Made by a program: the position numbers and the translations under genes. Below the pieces are notes generated by a model. It searched no databases, had not been told where the DNA came from, and saw only the letters and a program-made list of their open reading frames with translations. A DNA stretch of 64,000 nucleotides from Craspedostauros australis (Eukaryota). How positions within the stretch are numbered: position 1 is the stretch's first letter; every line of letters starts with the position of its first letter. The stretch is from the NCBI GenBank assembly GCA_030167865.1, contig JALAGF010000066.1:1-64000 (forward strand), given 5' to 3'. Shown piece after piece: positions 46,598 through 57,716 of this stretch.

Positions 46598-47555
46598 CTT
46601 GGTGTCAGTGTCCGTAAAGGTGGGTGGAGTTGAGAGTGCTAGTTGGTTTGGGTGGTGTTGAGTGGTGTTGAGTGGTGCTGGGTGGTGCTGGGTGGTGTTG
46701 CGTTGGGTCTTTGAAGTCTTGGGTGAACTTGACTGATGTTGACTGATGTTGTTGTTCGCTTGGTTGGATTTGTGTGTGCGAGTTGAAAGGGGTTGGTGGA
46801 GATGGGTTGCTCAATCGCACACGAGACAGGATCAACGGATACGGAACACTGCCCAGGAAGCCGAATTGATCTCGGTCACGTGTTCTTTGAGGTGATGTTG
46901 TGCCTGAGAGATGCTGAGAAGAAAAGATGTTGGCGGATCGTGGGTGTTGTCCCAAAACCGTGTCGCATTTTGCCTGCGTTGTTTTCGATCTTGTCAACGA
47001 CCACCGCGACTAATGTTTGGCAAGACTCAGTAATTTAGTCGATTCAGTCGCGTGAGGGAATGTGTTGACTGATTGGATCGGAACTGAGCCAAACGTAAAA
47101 AGCCCTCTCCGGAAACACCATGCAACACAACACGACGAAACGAGGCACAATCCAGCACAATCATCAGAGAGAGTGACAACAACAACAACTCCCACTACAA
47201 CAACAGGAGCTGCCGGAGAGAGGAATGCACAAGAGAGACACCAACAATCTACCCTCTCTGTTCCATTCCACACATCTCTGCGAAGCAGGAACGGCCGCCT
47301 CATCCCAATTGCCCCCAAGAAGCCTTGTTGTGGTTCCGGCTTGTAGCCTCATCGTGTTATCACCAATCGCGTGCCCCACTCTGTGCGCTGCACCCACTTG
47401 TACCATACATACTCGGACTCGGACTCGGACTCGCACACGCACACGTACGCAGGGATTGGCTCTCCCTCTCTCTCTCTTCGCTCGCAGAGGAGATCGATCA
47501 CAAACGGGAAGCATCGGCACACAGCAGCAAACACCAGGACCACGCGCAGACAATC

Positions 47556-49605
47556 ATGGTCGTCAACCGATGGGATGGGAAAAGGAAATCCCCCGCTCGC
47601 AGATGGCGACGCAGAAAGAACGACAGGAGGCGCAGCGATTCCAGCATGAAGGTCCCTGCGGAGGCCCTTCTCGGTGGACACGACATCGTCCAGACGCCGC
47701 CCAGGGTCAAGCGTCACGCGGAAGTGATGAAGTCCAAGCACCAGAAGAGGCTCGTCAAGGACTACACGCAGCAACGGTTCCACATCTCCAAACGGACGGC
47801 GGCCGCCATCGAGGCGGAGCTGCACGTGCTGCTTCGGCTGGACTCGCAGCGCTGCACGCTCGACGCGTTGGCGCAAACCCTCATCGGTAGCTCCGCCATC
47901 AACAGAACGTTCGATGCTAAGCTGCACAAGTTTCACAACATCCGCACACGCAAAATCATCGCCGGACTCAACGGCCTCCGGTTTTGGCGAAAGAAGGCGA
48001 ATGCGGAGGTGCACGACAAGTACGACTTCATCAATGCCATGAGCTCCCTTTCCAAGTCCGCCAAGTGCAGGGACACGATGGTCTCGACGGTGCACGAAGC
48101 CAAGCGGGCGCTCTCTGCCGTGTTGGCATTCCCCGATGACAGCAGCGGCGGTGCCTCCAGCAATGTGCGGCAACTGTTCGGCACGGAGGTTCACGGAAAT
48201 CGTAGAGAATCCAATGCTGACAGCTCCGCCGCCATTACTGGGTCAAGCGCTCCGACCGCAGCAGCGTTCTCGACGAAAGCGTACGCCTCCGCAATCCAAC
48301 GGGCCATCGACAAGCAGAGTGAAGATGCGTCATTGGAATGCAACAGTTGGAAGAAGGTCACGGCGTTCACTATCCCAGCCAAGCTACCTACCCCTGACGA
48401 TGATGACGCTGCTGGTGATAGCGCAACCAACGCCGCCTCCACCGCGGATGGAGAGGGATCGCAATCCGTATCGGGTTTCGTATCCAGCATCGACAGCGCG
48501 GATGTTATGCTGGCCAAGCATACGTCAGCGCAGCTCGATTTGCATTATGAGCGTCAAACGGGCGAATCGGCCAAGGTGGCGAAGGCACGCTTCTTGCAGA
48601 AGGAGCGCGAAGAGGAAGCCAAGAAGAAGGCCAGCTCCTTGATGCGTCCGCTGACGCAGCAGGAGGAAGATATTGCGAACTCCGTCATGTACGGCCGTGG
48701 TCCCGGTGCGGAGATCCTCGCGCAGGCCGGCACGGACTCGATCCAGCGTGACTCGTTGCGCCGGCTACGATGCGGCGAGTGGTTGAATGACGAAGTCATC
48801 CATTACTTCTACGTCATGCTGGCAAAGCGAGATGAGGAGATGCAGGCAAAGGACAGCAGCCGGCGCAGAAGCCACTTCTTCAAGTCCTTCTTCATGACGA
48901 AGCTCCTCAACGAAGGCAACCGATCGAAGGAGGGCGAGTACGAATACCGCAACGTCAAGCGGTGGTCCAAGAAGGTGCCTGGCAAGAACATCTTCAACCT
49001 AGACAAGGTGTTCTTCCCCATCAATCAGGGTGGCATGCATTGGATTTGCGCTGTGGCCTTCATGCAAGACAAGCGCATCGAGATTTTTGATTCCATGGGT
49101 TCCGCGGGTACAGAATATTTGGTCAGCATCTTTGCATACCTCAAAGATGAACACAAGGACAAGCAGAAATCGGAGCTGCCGGATCAAGATAAATGGGAGC
49201 TCGTGCCATGCCGGAACGATACGCCAAGACAACGAAATGGTGAGTTGCAGAAGCAGACAGACGGCGGCAATAGCGGCGCCGACAAACGAGCCGAAAGCGT
49301 TGCTCCTTGGTGCAAAGATATGTTTGATTGTTGTGTGTGATGTGTCATTGCGTGTGTTCTTGTGCATGCCCACCAGTCGCTCACGCCCAACTTTACTCGC
49401 GTGTGCATCTGCATGTGCACCTGCATTGCTGTCTCTCTCTCTTCTACCCCCAAATTGACATGCAGGGTTCGATTGCGGAGTATTCACTTGCATGTTTGCA
49501 GACTTCCTCTCGAAAGATTGCCCGTTGGTGTTCACGCAGGACCACATCACTTTGTGCCGTAAGAGAATTGCAATTTCGATTATGAACGGGAAGGCGATAC
49601 TGTGA
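47556..49605 (+). CDS. SUMO/sentrin-specific protease (Ulp1/SENP, peptidase C48); 2 exons (47556-49239, 49466-49605), ~607 aa
   Basis: WLNDEVIHYF, FFPINQGGMHW, IFDSMG. The spliced junction G|gtgagt...tgcag|GG supplies PRQRNGFDCGVF with the catalytic Cys. Confidence 0.93.
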
Positions 49606-49881
49606 AAAGGAAGGGTGATAGACCTCTCTTTCTCTTTAGCAGCACGTGACAATACTCCACTATACTATTCTATACAACAATTGCTACTCATTCCGCATGT
49701 ACTACACTATTTGCTTCTTGCGATACAAGTCCTCGTGTGGCTCTACCCCACGCGTCCTGTGAAAAGCATGCGTTTCCAAAAAATGATCACAGCTGCTACC
49801 ATGGCTTGGCATCGTACTTGCACCTGTACTTGCGCTTGCACTTGTACTTGCAGCATCTCGAACTCCACCGGCGGCTGCGAA

Positions 49882-51024
49882 TCAACCTTCCCCTTCATCG
49901 ATGGCAAGCGCCAAGCACGTCTTGTCTCGAATGAACTGCCGGATCTGCGACTGCCGCTCCGTCGCCAGTTTGTGGGATTGGTCTAACCGCTCGATCTCCT
50001 CCTGATTCAGCCGCAGCAACTCTTCGATCCGCTGCATCTGCTGTGCCCGTGTCCGGTGCATGCCCGGCACCGCCATGACCTGGTCGTCGATATCGGCGCT
50101 CTTTTGCAACACGGTACCCGCCAATTTGGCAACCAGCTCCGCATCCTTTTCCATCTCAATCTTGGCATGGATGCGGATGTAGTCCTCCCTGCGCATGGGC
50201 GCCTGGCCACCGTTGACCTGATGCACAAGCGCCATCGTTGCGACATCGCCGGCACGGTAGGATTGCCAGAATTCTTCGAAATCAGGCTCGGAGTTTTCGT
50301 TGCGGTTGTTCGCGTTGTTGCCGTCGTTTGCTCCGTTGGTATCCGTGTTGTTGGCATTGGCGTTCATACCACCCAAGTTGCCAGATTCTGGTGCCACCGC
50401 ATCGCGCAGTCCACGCAAGGCCTCGAACATGGCCAGCGACAGTCTGCAGATGTGATGCGTTGCATTGCGTTGTGCAGAGGAATGAGGCAAAAATGAGAAA
50501 GGAAAGATGGCATCGCTGTAAGATGTTTGAAGCTAGACCTGCTGTGTGCGAATGCGTGGAGTGCAAACTATGAGCCATGAGCCGTTGCAGCACGTGCTGC
50601 AAACATTCTGCAACACCCTCGTTTGGAGTTAGTCCAGGAGCATGAAAGTTCAACTATCAACGTACCCGTCTGCAAGGCATGCATGTGCATGCGCATGTTG
50701 TGATAGGCCGGGAAGATGCATCGTGAGATGAAAGTAGAGGCAAAAACGAGGTGAGGAAGATTGAATGCAACGAAAGAAGGCAAATCAAATCAAGTCAGGT
50801 GCGGCGTCGTCTGAAGTGAGATGGATTATGCGTTCCTCCACTCTGTGGATGTTCATGACACCGCCCCATCAGATACTTCCACACTCACCGACAGCATCCT
50901 GCAGCTTCGTAATTGGATCCACCTTCTCCTCCTCCTCTCCTTCTCCCTCCGATACCTGATGCAACGCATCCTGCGCAGGAGTGGGTTCCTGATCCACGTT
51001 CATGTCATCCCCGGATGATCCCAT
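49882..51024 (-). CDS. MED21: Mediator subunit Med21 (Srb7); 3 exons (51024-50889, 50669-50666, 50443-49882), ~233 aa
   Basis: Spliced product reads DPITKLQDAVDGLSLAMFEAL...LAGTVLQKSADIDDQVMAVPG...QMQRIEELLRLN, matching the Med21 pattern. The model requires a 4-nt exon. Confidence 0.8.
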
Positions 51025-51739
51025 GGTGCAATGAATGGATGTCTTTCTCTATCTGGATAGCGCGAGCACGAGCACGAACAGAGTATGCTGATGAATACGG
51101 CTATGATTGTGGTGCTCGGAGGGACTCTGGAAGGATCAATGCAATGGATGTGACAGTGGAGATGACAGAACTCCAGCTTTTGTGCTGAAAGAGACAGCGA
51201 GACACGTCATAATTGGAAGCCGCGGTTATGATCGCATTCTTGCAGCTGTTGTTTTCGAGGCAGTGCCTCAATCGTGCTCACAGCAGTCCATGCCAATCGT
51301 GCATGGCAACATCTTCGTGGACGAGTTATTCGAAGTGATCGCCAATCGGCAACCACTCATGGTTGATCGAATGGGTCGATAGTGGTCTGTGTCATGAGTT
51401 GCGTCACACGACAACTCACTTTTTGACGACTCAGACAAGAGAAAGTCCGTGGAAACAGCGATGGTGCGTGACACACAGAACCAACAAAGCGGAACAGAAC
51501 ACTTCCGGGCGTTCAAGGACAACGAGAACCGCAACGCACATCTGCACACACCAAGGGAGAGGACACAGAGGAATCAAGACACAACATCAGCATCTCAAGC
51601 TTTCGCACATCCAGTCCAAGTTCAAGCAAGTCCGAGAGCAAGTTCGAGAGCGATTCCTTGGCATTCCACCTCTCAATCCATCACACGCCATCACATCAGA
51701 GAAGCGCATATCATATAATAGTTAGAAGAAAGCAGAAGG

Positions 51740-52663
51740 ATGCCAACCATCAGAACAACTCCATCATCGACCAAAGCTGGGGTCATCGCATTCTTCAACC
51801 TCAGCATGGCGACGTTGCTCCTTGCGTCAGGCAGCAAGCGCGTTGCTGCTTTCACATTGCGCGCAGGCAACGTGCTGCGCGTCAGCAGCATGCGATCTCC
51901 ACAGCATTGCATGACCCAAGCACGGCTCAATGTCCTCTCCGCGGACGCTTCCTGGTTGCACACCAGCGCACCCTTCAATGACAAAACCAACAACAGCAAC
52001 AAGGCAGCCGATGCCGCACAATCGAACGACGCGTCGCAAGTCACCGATCTCGTCTTGAATCCTCTCATCGTCTGCGGTCCCTCCGGTGTCGGCAAGGGCA
52101 CCATCATCCAGCGATTCATGCAACACCACGACGACCAATTCGCCTTCTCCGTGTCGCACACCACACGGCAGCCACGCCAAGGTGAAATCCATGGCGTTCA
52201 TTACCATTTCGTGACGCCCGAATACATGCAGACCGCCATCGCGGGTGGGTTGTTCCTGGAGCACGCCCACGTGCATGGAAATTTCTACGGCACGAGCTGG
52301 TCGACGTTGGAGGATGTGCAACGAGGTCAGCGCAAGCGATGTCTGCTGGACATTGACGTGCAGGGTGTCAAGAACATTAAACTGCTGGAAGACGGCGATT
52401 TGGACAACGCCATGCCATTCCGGTTGGCGCCCAAGTACATCTTCATCGCGCCACCGTCGTTGGAGATCCTGCATTCAAGGTTGGTGTCGCGAGGCACCGA
52501 GACCGAGGAGAGCTTGCAGCGGCGGAAGCAGAATGCCGCGGCCGAGATGGAGTACGGCATGCAGGATGGCCACTTCGATCGTATCGTTGTCAACGATGAT
52601 CTGGATCGGGCGGTGCAAGACTTCGCCAAAGCCGTTGAGGACATGTACTCGGCAACCAATTAG
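51740..52663 (+). CDS. gmk: Guanylate kinase with an N-terminal organellar-targeting extension
   Basis: GPSGVGKGT P-loop, FSVSHTTRQPRQGEIHGVHYHF, HGNFYGTS, LDIDVQGV, IFIAPPS, RGTETEES. The start could be 51740 or the later ATG of MATLLLA. Confidence 0.93.
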   Translation: MPTIRTTPSSTKAGVIAFFNLSMATLLLASGSKRVAAFTLRAGNVLRVSSMRSPQHCMTQARLNVLSADASWLHTSAPFNDKTNNSNKAADAAQSNDASQVTDLVLNPLIVCGPSGVGKGTIIQRFMQHHDDQFAFSVSHTTRQPRQGEIHGVHYHFVTPEYMQTAIAGGLFLEHAHVHGNFYGTSWSTLEDVQRGQRKRCLLDIDVQGVKNIKLLEDGDLDNAMPFRLAPKYIFIAPPSLEILHSRLVSRGTETEESLQRRKQNAAAEMEYGMQDGHFDRIVVNDDLDRAVQDFAKAVEDMYSATN

Positions 52664-53012
52664 AAATTGACTGACAGTGCATGTGTACAATACCATAGTA
52701 TACAATATAATATTATATGATTTAGTAAAACTGATGTATTAGTATTGGTATAGTGGTAATGTTTGTGTGGAGCATTTTGAGTGTATTGCGTCGTTAATAT
52801 TGCGGAACATGACAAGTACTGCTTCAACCTATTCAGTCTGTTTTCATGGTCTCTACTCCAGCATCAAGTGTTGCAATAGGTTTCGTTCTGTTTGATCTGA
52901 GCCATAATCGTACAATTGGATTTTGAATCAATTCGACTACCCCATTTAGGCGAAGAATCTCGTTGTTGCTCTTGTTCTTGCTCCCGCTCCTGCTATTAGA
53001 TTGCATGGCATC

Positions 53013-55371
53013 TCATGCTAGGACTGGTTGGATGCGCTTCTTCTTTTTCTTGGGCTGTTGCGCCATGCCTGTGCCAGATCCCAACGACAGCTTTTGGACC
53101 GACGCCCCCACGGAGTCTTCCGATGACTCGACCGCAACAGTTGGTACCGTTGCATTTGTCTTTGTTTGTACTGCAGACGCCGGCGTTGTTGACGCGTTCG
53201 TTTTGAGTGGTCGCTTCGGGCATTTGGGGCGTGCGACCAGCCATGTTTGAATTGCCTCGATCTTGGCTTTCTTCATTGGCGGGGCCTGGATCGTTGCCTT
53301 GCCTGGCTCACACGGAGGCAGCGGTGCCGACTCGGTCGGATTGATTGCAGTGCGTTGGACGAACGGCTCACTTGAGTTGCCACCTTTCGCTTGCCTTGAA
53401 CCCGCATTGGGTGTTCCTGCGGATGAACTTCCTGCTGCGGCTGCGGCTGCTACTCGCGTTTGAGTGCTCTGCTTCGACAGCGCGATTGGCTGGTATGGCT
53501 CTCCCAGTTCACCCTTGTCGAATGAAATGATCGACACGTATCCATCTGTGCTGCAGAGCAACAGCTCGTGCCCGTCCTTGGACCAAACACAGCTCGTGAG
53601 GTTTGTGTAATGCAGTCCGCGGATGATTGACAGCGGCTTCGTGTGATACGTGTCGTAGATGATGACGCTGTCCAATGTGAGGACTGCGAATACTGAACGG
53701 TATGGCAAGCTTCCCGTGTTCGCGGATGTTGCGCGCATGACGTTTGCCTGAGAGGGACAGTTCTCCTTCGACTCCACGGTTTCCGCTGGAGGAAGTTGGA
53801 ACAGGACTGGGTTTGGCCTCACGACGACGGATGGCTGCAACGGATGGAAGCCAAGGTGGAGGGTGCCAAGCCGAGAATTGGATGATGACGCATGATGGCA
53901 AGGGAAAGAGTCAAAGAGTCGCATGGAGTAGAGGAGAAGGAACGAATACGAAGAAGTCAGATGAGTGAGTATGTACGTGTGAGTGAATACGCCGATGATG
54001 ATCGTGTGCGAACCAAGCAAAGGCTGTCGATTCCATCTATGAGTCTCAAATACTTCTGTCCTTGCTGTCAGCAACACTCACCTTCTCCAACCCCGACAGC
54101 ACTCGGTACGGCTCATCAAATCGATGCCGTGCAAACAGAAAGGTTGCGAACGAGGGCGTTGATTGCATGTTGGTAGGATCCTTGTGCCACAGCGCCGCCG
54201 GGGTGACGAGGAATGCACCGTCGGCCGTCCATGACAAGCGTCTGAAGAACGATTCGCAGGTGGACTCATCAGCGAACAAGAGTCTCTTCTTGATCGCGTT
54301 GTGGCCGCTGTTCATCACTGGCACTGTGCTGGGGGATGTGAGTGCGTTTGTTGCAGCATCCTTGATGCTGCATTTCGCAGTCGTGTTCGTGTTGGCCCTC
54401 GCAGCGCTGTTCGAGAAGTCCTCAGTTTCGTGATCGTGAATGCGACGGTACTTGATGCATTTCGATTTGATCCCGATCTCCAGTCGCGTGTCTGTGAGCA
54501 ACTGGCTGACATTGTGAGCATGCTCAGCTGGTGGCAACGGACCCTTTGCTGCATTCGTGGGGCGCAGCACCTTGCGCTTGTTCTTGGGTTGCAACTTGCG
54601 CGAGTATACCCGCACAGTCCGATCGCTCCCCATCGATGCCATGTATATACCCAACGGATCGTACGCGACGCCTTGCACGAACTGCGTGTGATCGACTTCA
54701 TTGCGGTAGACCAGCTTCCATTCCGAATCCACCTTTCCTCCATCGGATGCAGATTGGTTGGTCGCGAAGCTCTTGTCTTCCACGATCAGCACGTTGGAAT
54801 CGATCGTGCCCAGCATGAATCGTTTGGAGTCGGAGCTCCACGAGATGCCGGTGATGCCCTCGCAACGTGTGCTTACGATGCGGACCTTCAGATCGGTCTC
54901 CTGTTTGACGTTGGACCAGTAGTGACGACCATTGCCGTTGCCTCGGAATTGGACAGGGACAGACCAAATGATGATGGCCCCCGCCTCGCCAGCCGTGGCC
55001 AGGTGCAGACCATTGGGAGAGAAGCTTACCGTGTTGACGGCCATCTCATGTCTTGTGAGGCTCATCATGTAGTCGATCTTGTGCATCGACTTGCGCTGCT
55101 TCTGGAAGATGGTTGATTGCGTCTGTGTCTGCGTCTGCCTATCCTGCTGCTGCTGCTGCTGTTTGTAGCTGTGGCTGTCTCTGTTGAAAGTGATGTTCCA
55201 CAGGTTGATGGTGTCGCAGTTCCCAGCCGACACCATGACATTTCCGTACGTGGGAGGGTTGGTGGAGCGGTCAACGATACCGCTCTCCAGGATATCTACG
55301 GAATAGAGCGGAGCATTCTTTCCAGAATCAACCTCCGCATTCCACAGGATTTGGGGTGTCTCGATCTTCAT
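53013..55371 (-). CDS. CHAF1B: Chromatin assembly factor 1 subunit B (p60/Cac2), WD40 protein; 2 exons (55371-54082, 53834-53013), ~703 aa
   Basis: ETPQILW, LTRHEMAVNTVSFSPNG, HTQFVQGVAYDP, FFRRLSWTADGAFLVTPA, LPYRSVFAV, CSTDGY and C-terminal KKRIQP. Phase-0 intron AAG|gtgagt...tgcag|CCA. Confidence 0.92.
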
Positions 55372-56430
55372 GGTTGGATGGGACGGATGCGTATGGCCGA
55401 CAGTATAGTTTGTACGAGTGCGCGTGTACTGGTATGCACGTGCGGTGTTGCGCTGTGCTCCACCTGGTTTCGCTTTGGATCTGTCCCGATGAGTGCTTCA
55501 ATTGGACACGTAGAATAGAGAAGTGCAGTATAGTACTCAATGCCTAATCGTACCCACTCGTACCTAATCGCACCCACTCGGACAACGCAGTATATTCGAT
55601 ACTTCACAAGCGCTTGCACACCATCAGCGATCACGGCTCGACCCCTCTGTGTTGTTTGTCTTCGGAATGGAAGCAGCGCACTTCTGTAATTCTCAGTGTT
55701 TGCGACGGATGATTCAGATGAAAGAAAAGAAGGAATTGTTCGTCTGGTGGTTGTGAGCTAAACCGTGGGCGATTGTTATGTTCGTGTGATTTCTCGCTCT
55801 GCGGCCTGTGTTTGTCCTCGTAGAAAATGTGCGTGTGCGGGTGCGTGTGCGCGTTGTTGTCGTTGTTGTCGGTGTCGATTTGGCTGTTTGAATTGGCGCG
55901 TTGATCTTTTGGCGCGAAATTTTGCGATACAGTCGATCTAGTCGTAGTTCTCGAAACGTGAGGTGGAGTGAAATTTGTCGCATTCTGGTTTGTCCGTGTT
56001 GAGGCGCGCCCGTAGTATGATGAGATGAGACTAGATTATACGATCTGGCTTGATTCCGAAGCTCTTCTCCGTCATGGATCTATCAGCACAAATCACGAAG
56101 ACGTTCGAGTTACATCGTTTGTACTCATAGTACTGTAGCATGACAATAATTGGCGTCTATGTATAATACCATACTCTCAAGTATTCTACTGGTGTGCGTG
56201 GCCAACGTTGTCATCCTTGGGACGCCGACACCAGGGACCTCAACGAAGAGAACACCAACAGCAGATCCGAAAGAATGGATCATTTGTGTTCTGTGCCGCC
56301 CCCTCCCCTCAGCCATCGGCACTCATGACAGCACCAACAATCGACCCGGAGATCTCACAACGTCGCAAGGGGTGATTCGGTGTGACAGACACCGACAAAT
56401 ACCAACAGCTACGAACAGATACGAACATTG

Positions 56431-57535
56431 ATGGGTCTTCCTCATCCTTCAACAAGTGCCTTCGTCCTCATTCTGCTCGCCATCAGTTGCTACCCCCAAG
56501 CAGCCAGATCCAGGCAATTCCCACGAGCTCACCACCGACAGCACCAGCAGCACTATCACAAGGTGATTCCGACACGCCATCTTTCGCAATCCTTCCGTCT
56601 ATCGTCCAAATACAAGGCGGCATTTTCGTGCATCTTCTCCGGCTGGATCGGCAACTCCAAACCAATGAAGCGCGACAGCCCGTCGGCGCAACGCAACAAG
56701 CAGGTTGTGTGGGATGTGATCCAGAGCAAGATCCAACCGGCATCGTCCACAAAGGGACCATACCGAGTGCTGGAGATCGCTGCAGGCTCTGGCGTTCACA
56801 CCAGCTTCTTCGCAACGCAGCTGTCGCAGCAGACGAAGCAACCATTCTTGTGGTTCCCTACGGACGCAGATGCAGATATGATGTCATCACTGGAGGCATA
56901 TCGTCAGGAATTGGAGACGGATTGCGTGCAGCAACCGATGGTGCTGACATTGAACAAGGATGGAATTGTGGAGGCAGAGACAATTGCAACGGTCTTTCCG
57001 GATTCTGCAACTGTGGATCTCATCATTTGCATCAATATGATCCACATTTCTCCATGGGAGGCAACGCAAGGGCTGATGAAGTTGGCTGGCGAACGGTTGT
57101 CGCCGGGTGGCCATCTGTACTGCTATGGGCCATACAAGGTTGGCGGGACGGCTGTGGAGTCCAATTTGTAAGTTTACACCACCATCGAACGGAGATTGTG
57201 ATGTTGCGCACAAACACTACTCTCTTGTGCTACTGTTGAGATGTCTATGCCGATGGCTTTGGGATGCTGTACATGCTCTCACCATGCATCATGCCGTTCT
57301 TCCTTTCCATTTGCTCACCATGCGTACATATCCACTACCCACGTATGTACGGGCGCTGTTTCATTCTTGCAGACGATTTGATGCCAGCTTGAAGTCGCGC
57401 AACGCTGCCTGGGGCGTTAGAGATTTGGAGACGGTGCTGGAGACTGCCGAAAGCAACGGATTGCGGATGGTGGAAAAGGTTGAAATGCCAGCCAACAATC
57501 TAAGCCTCATCTACACGCCAGCGAAGAAGGGATGA
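56431..57535 (+). CDS. METTL26: METTL26/DUF938 SAM-dependent methyltransferase-like protein; 2 exons (56431-57167, 57373-57535)
   Basis: SPSAQRNK, VLEIAAGSGVH, CINMIHISPW, YGPY, SNLRFDASLKSRNAAWGVRD, EMPANN. Phase-2 intron TT|gtaagt...tgcag|A. The start could be the later MKRDSPS. Confidence 0.9.
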
Positions 57536-57716
57536 CGCCCGTTCCATGCAACAAGTACCCGCGCGCACGCACACAAGTCAGTCAGTAAAGCACAGTAGCG
57601 TTCGTGATGTTGGCTTACGGTTACATTTTTGCTTTTGCTCTAATAGTATGCACCTTGCTTCAGATAGCCATTTCGGATAACTGCACTCCTTCGAATCACG
57701 GGTAGCAGCAAACGCT

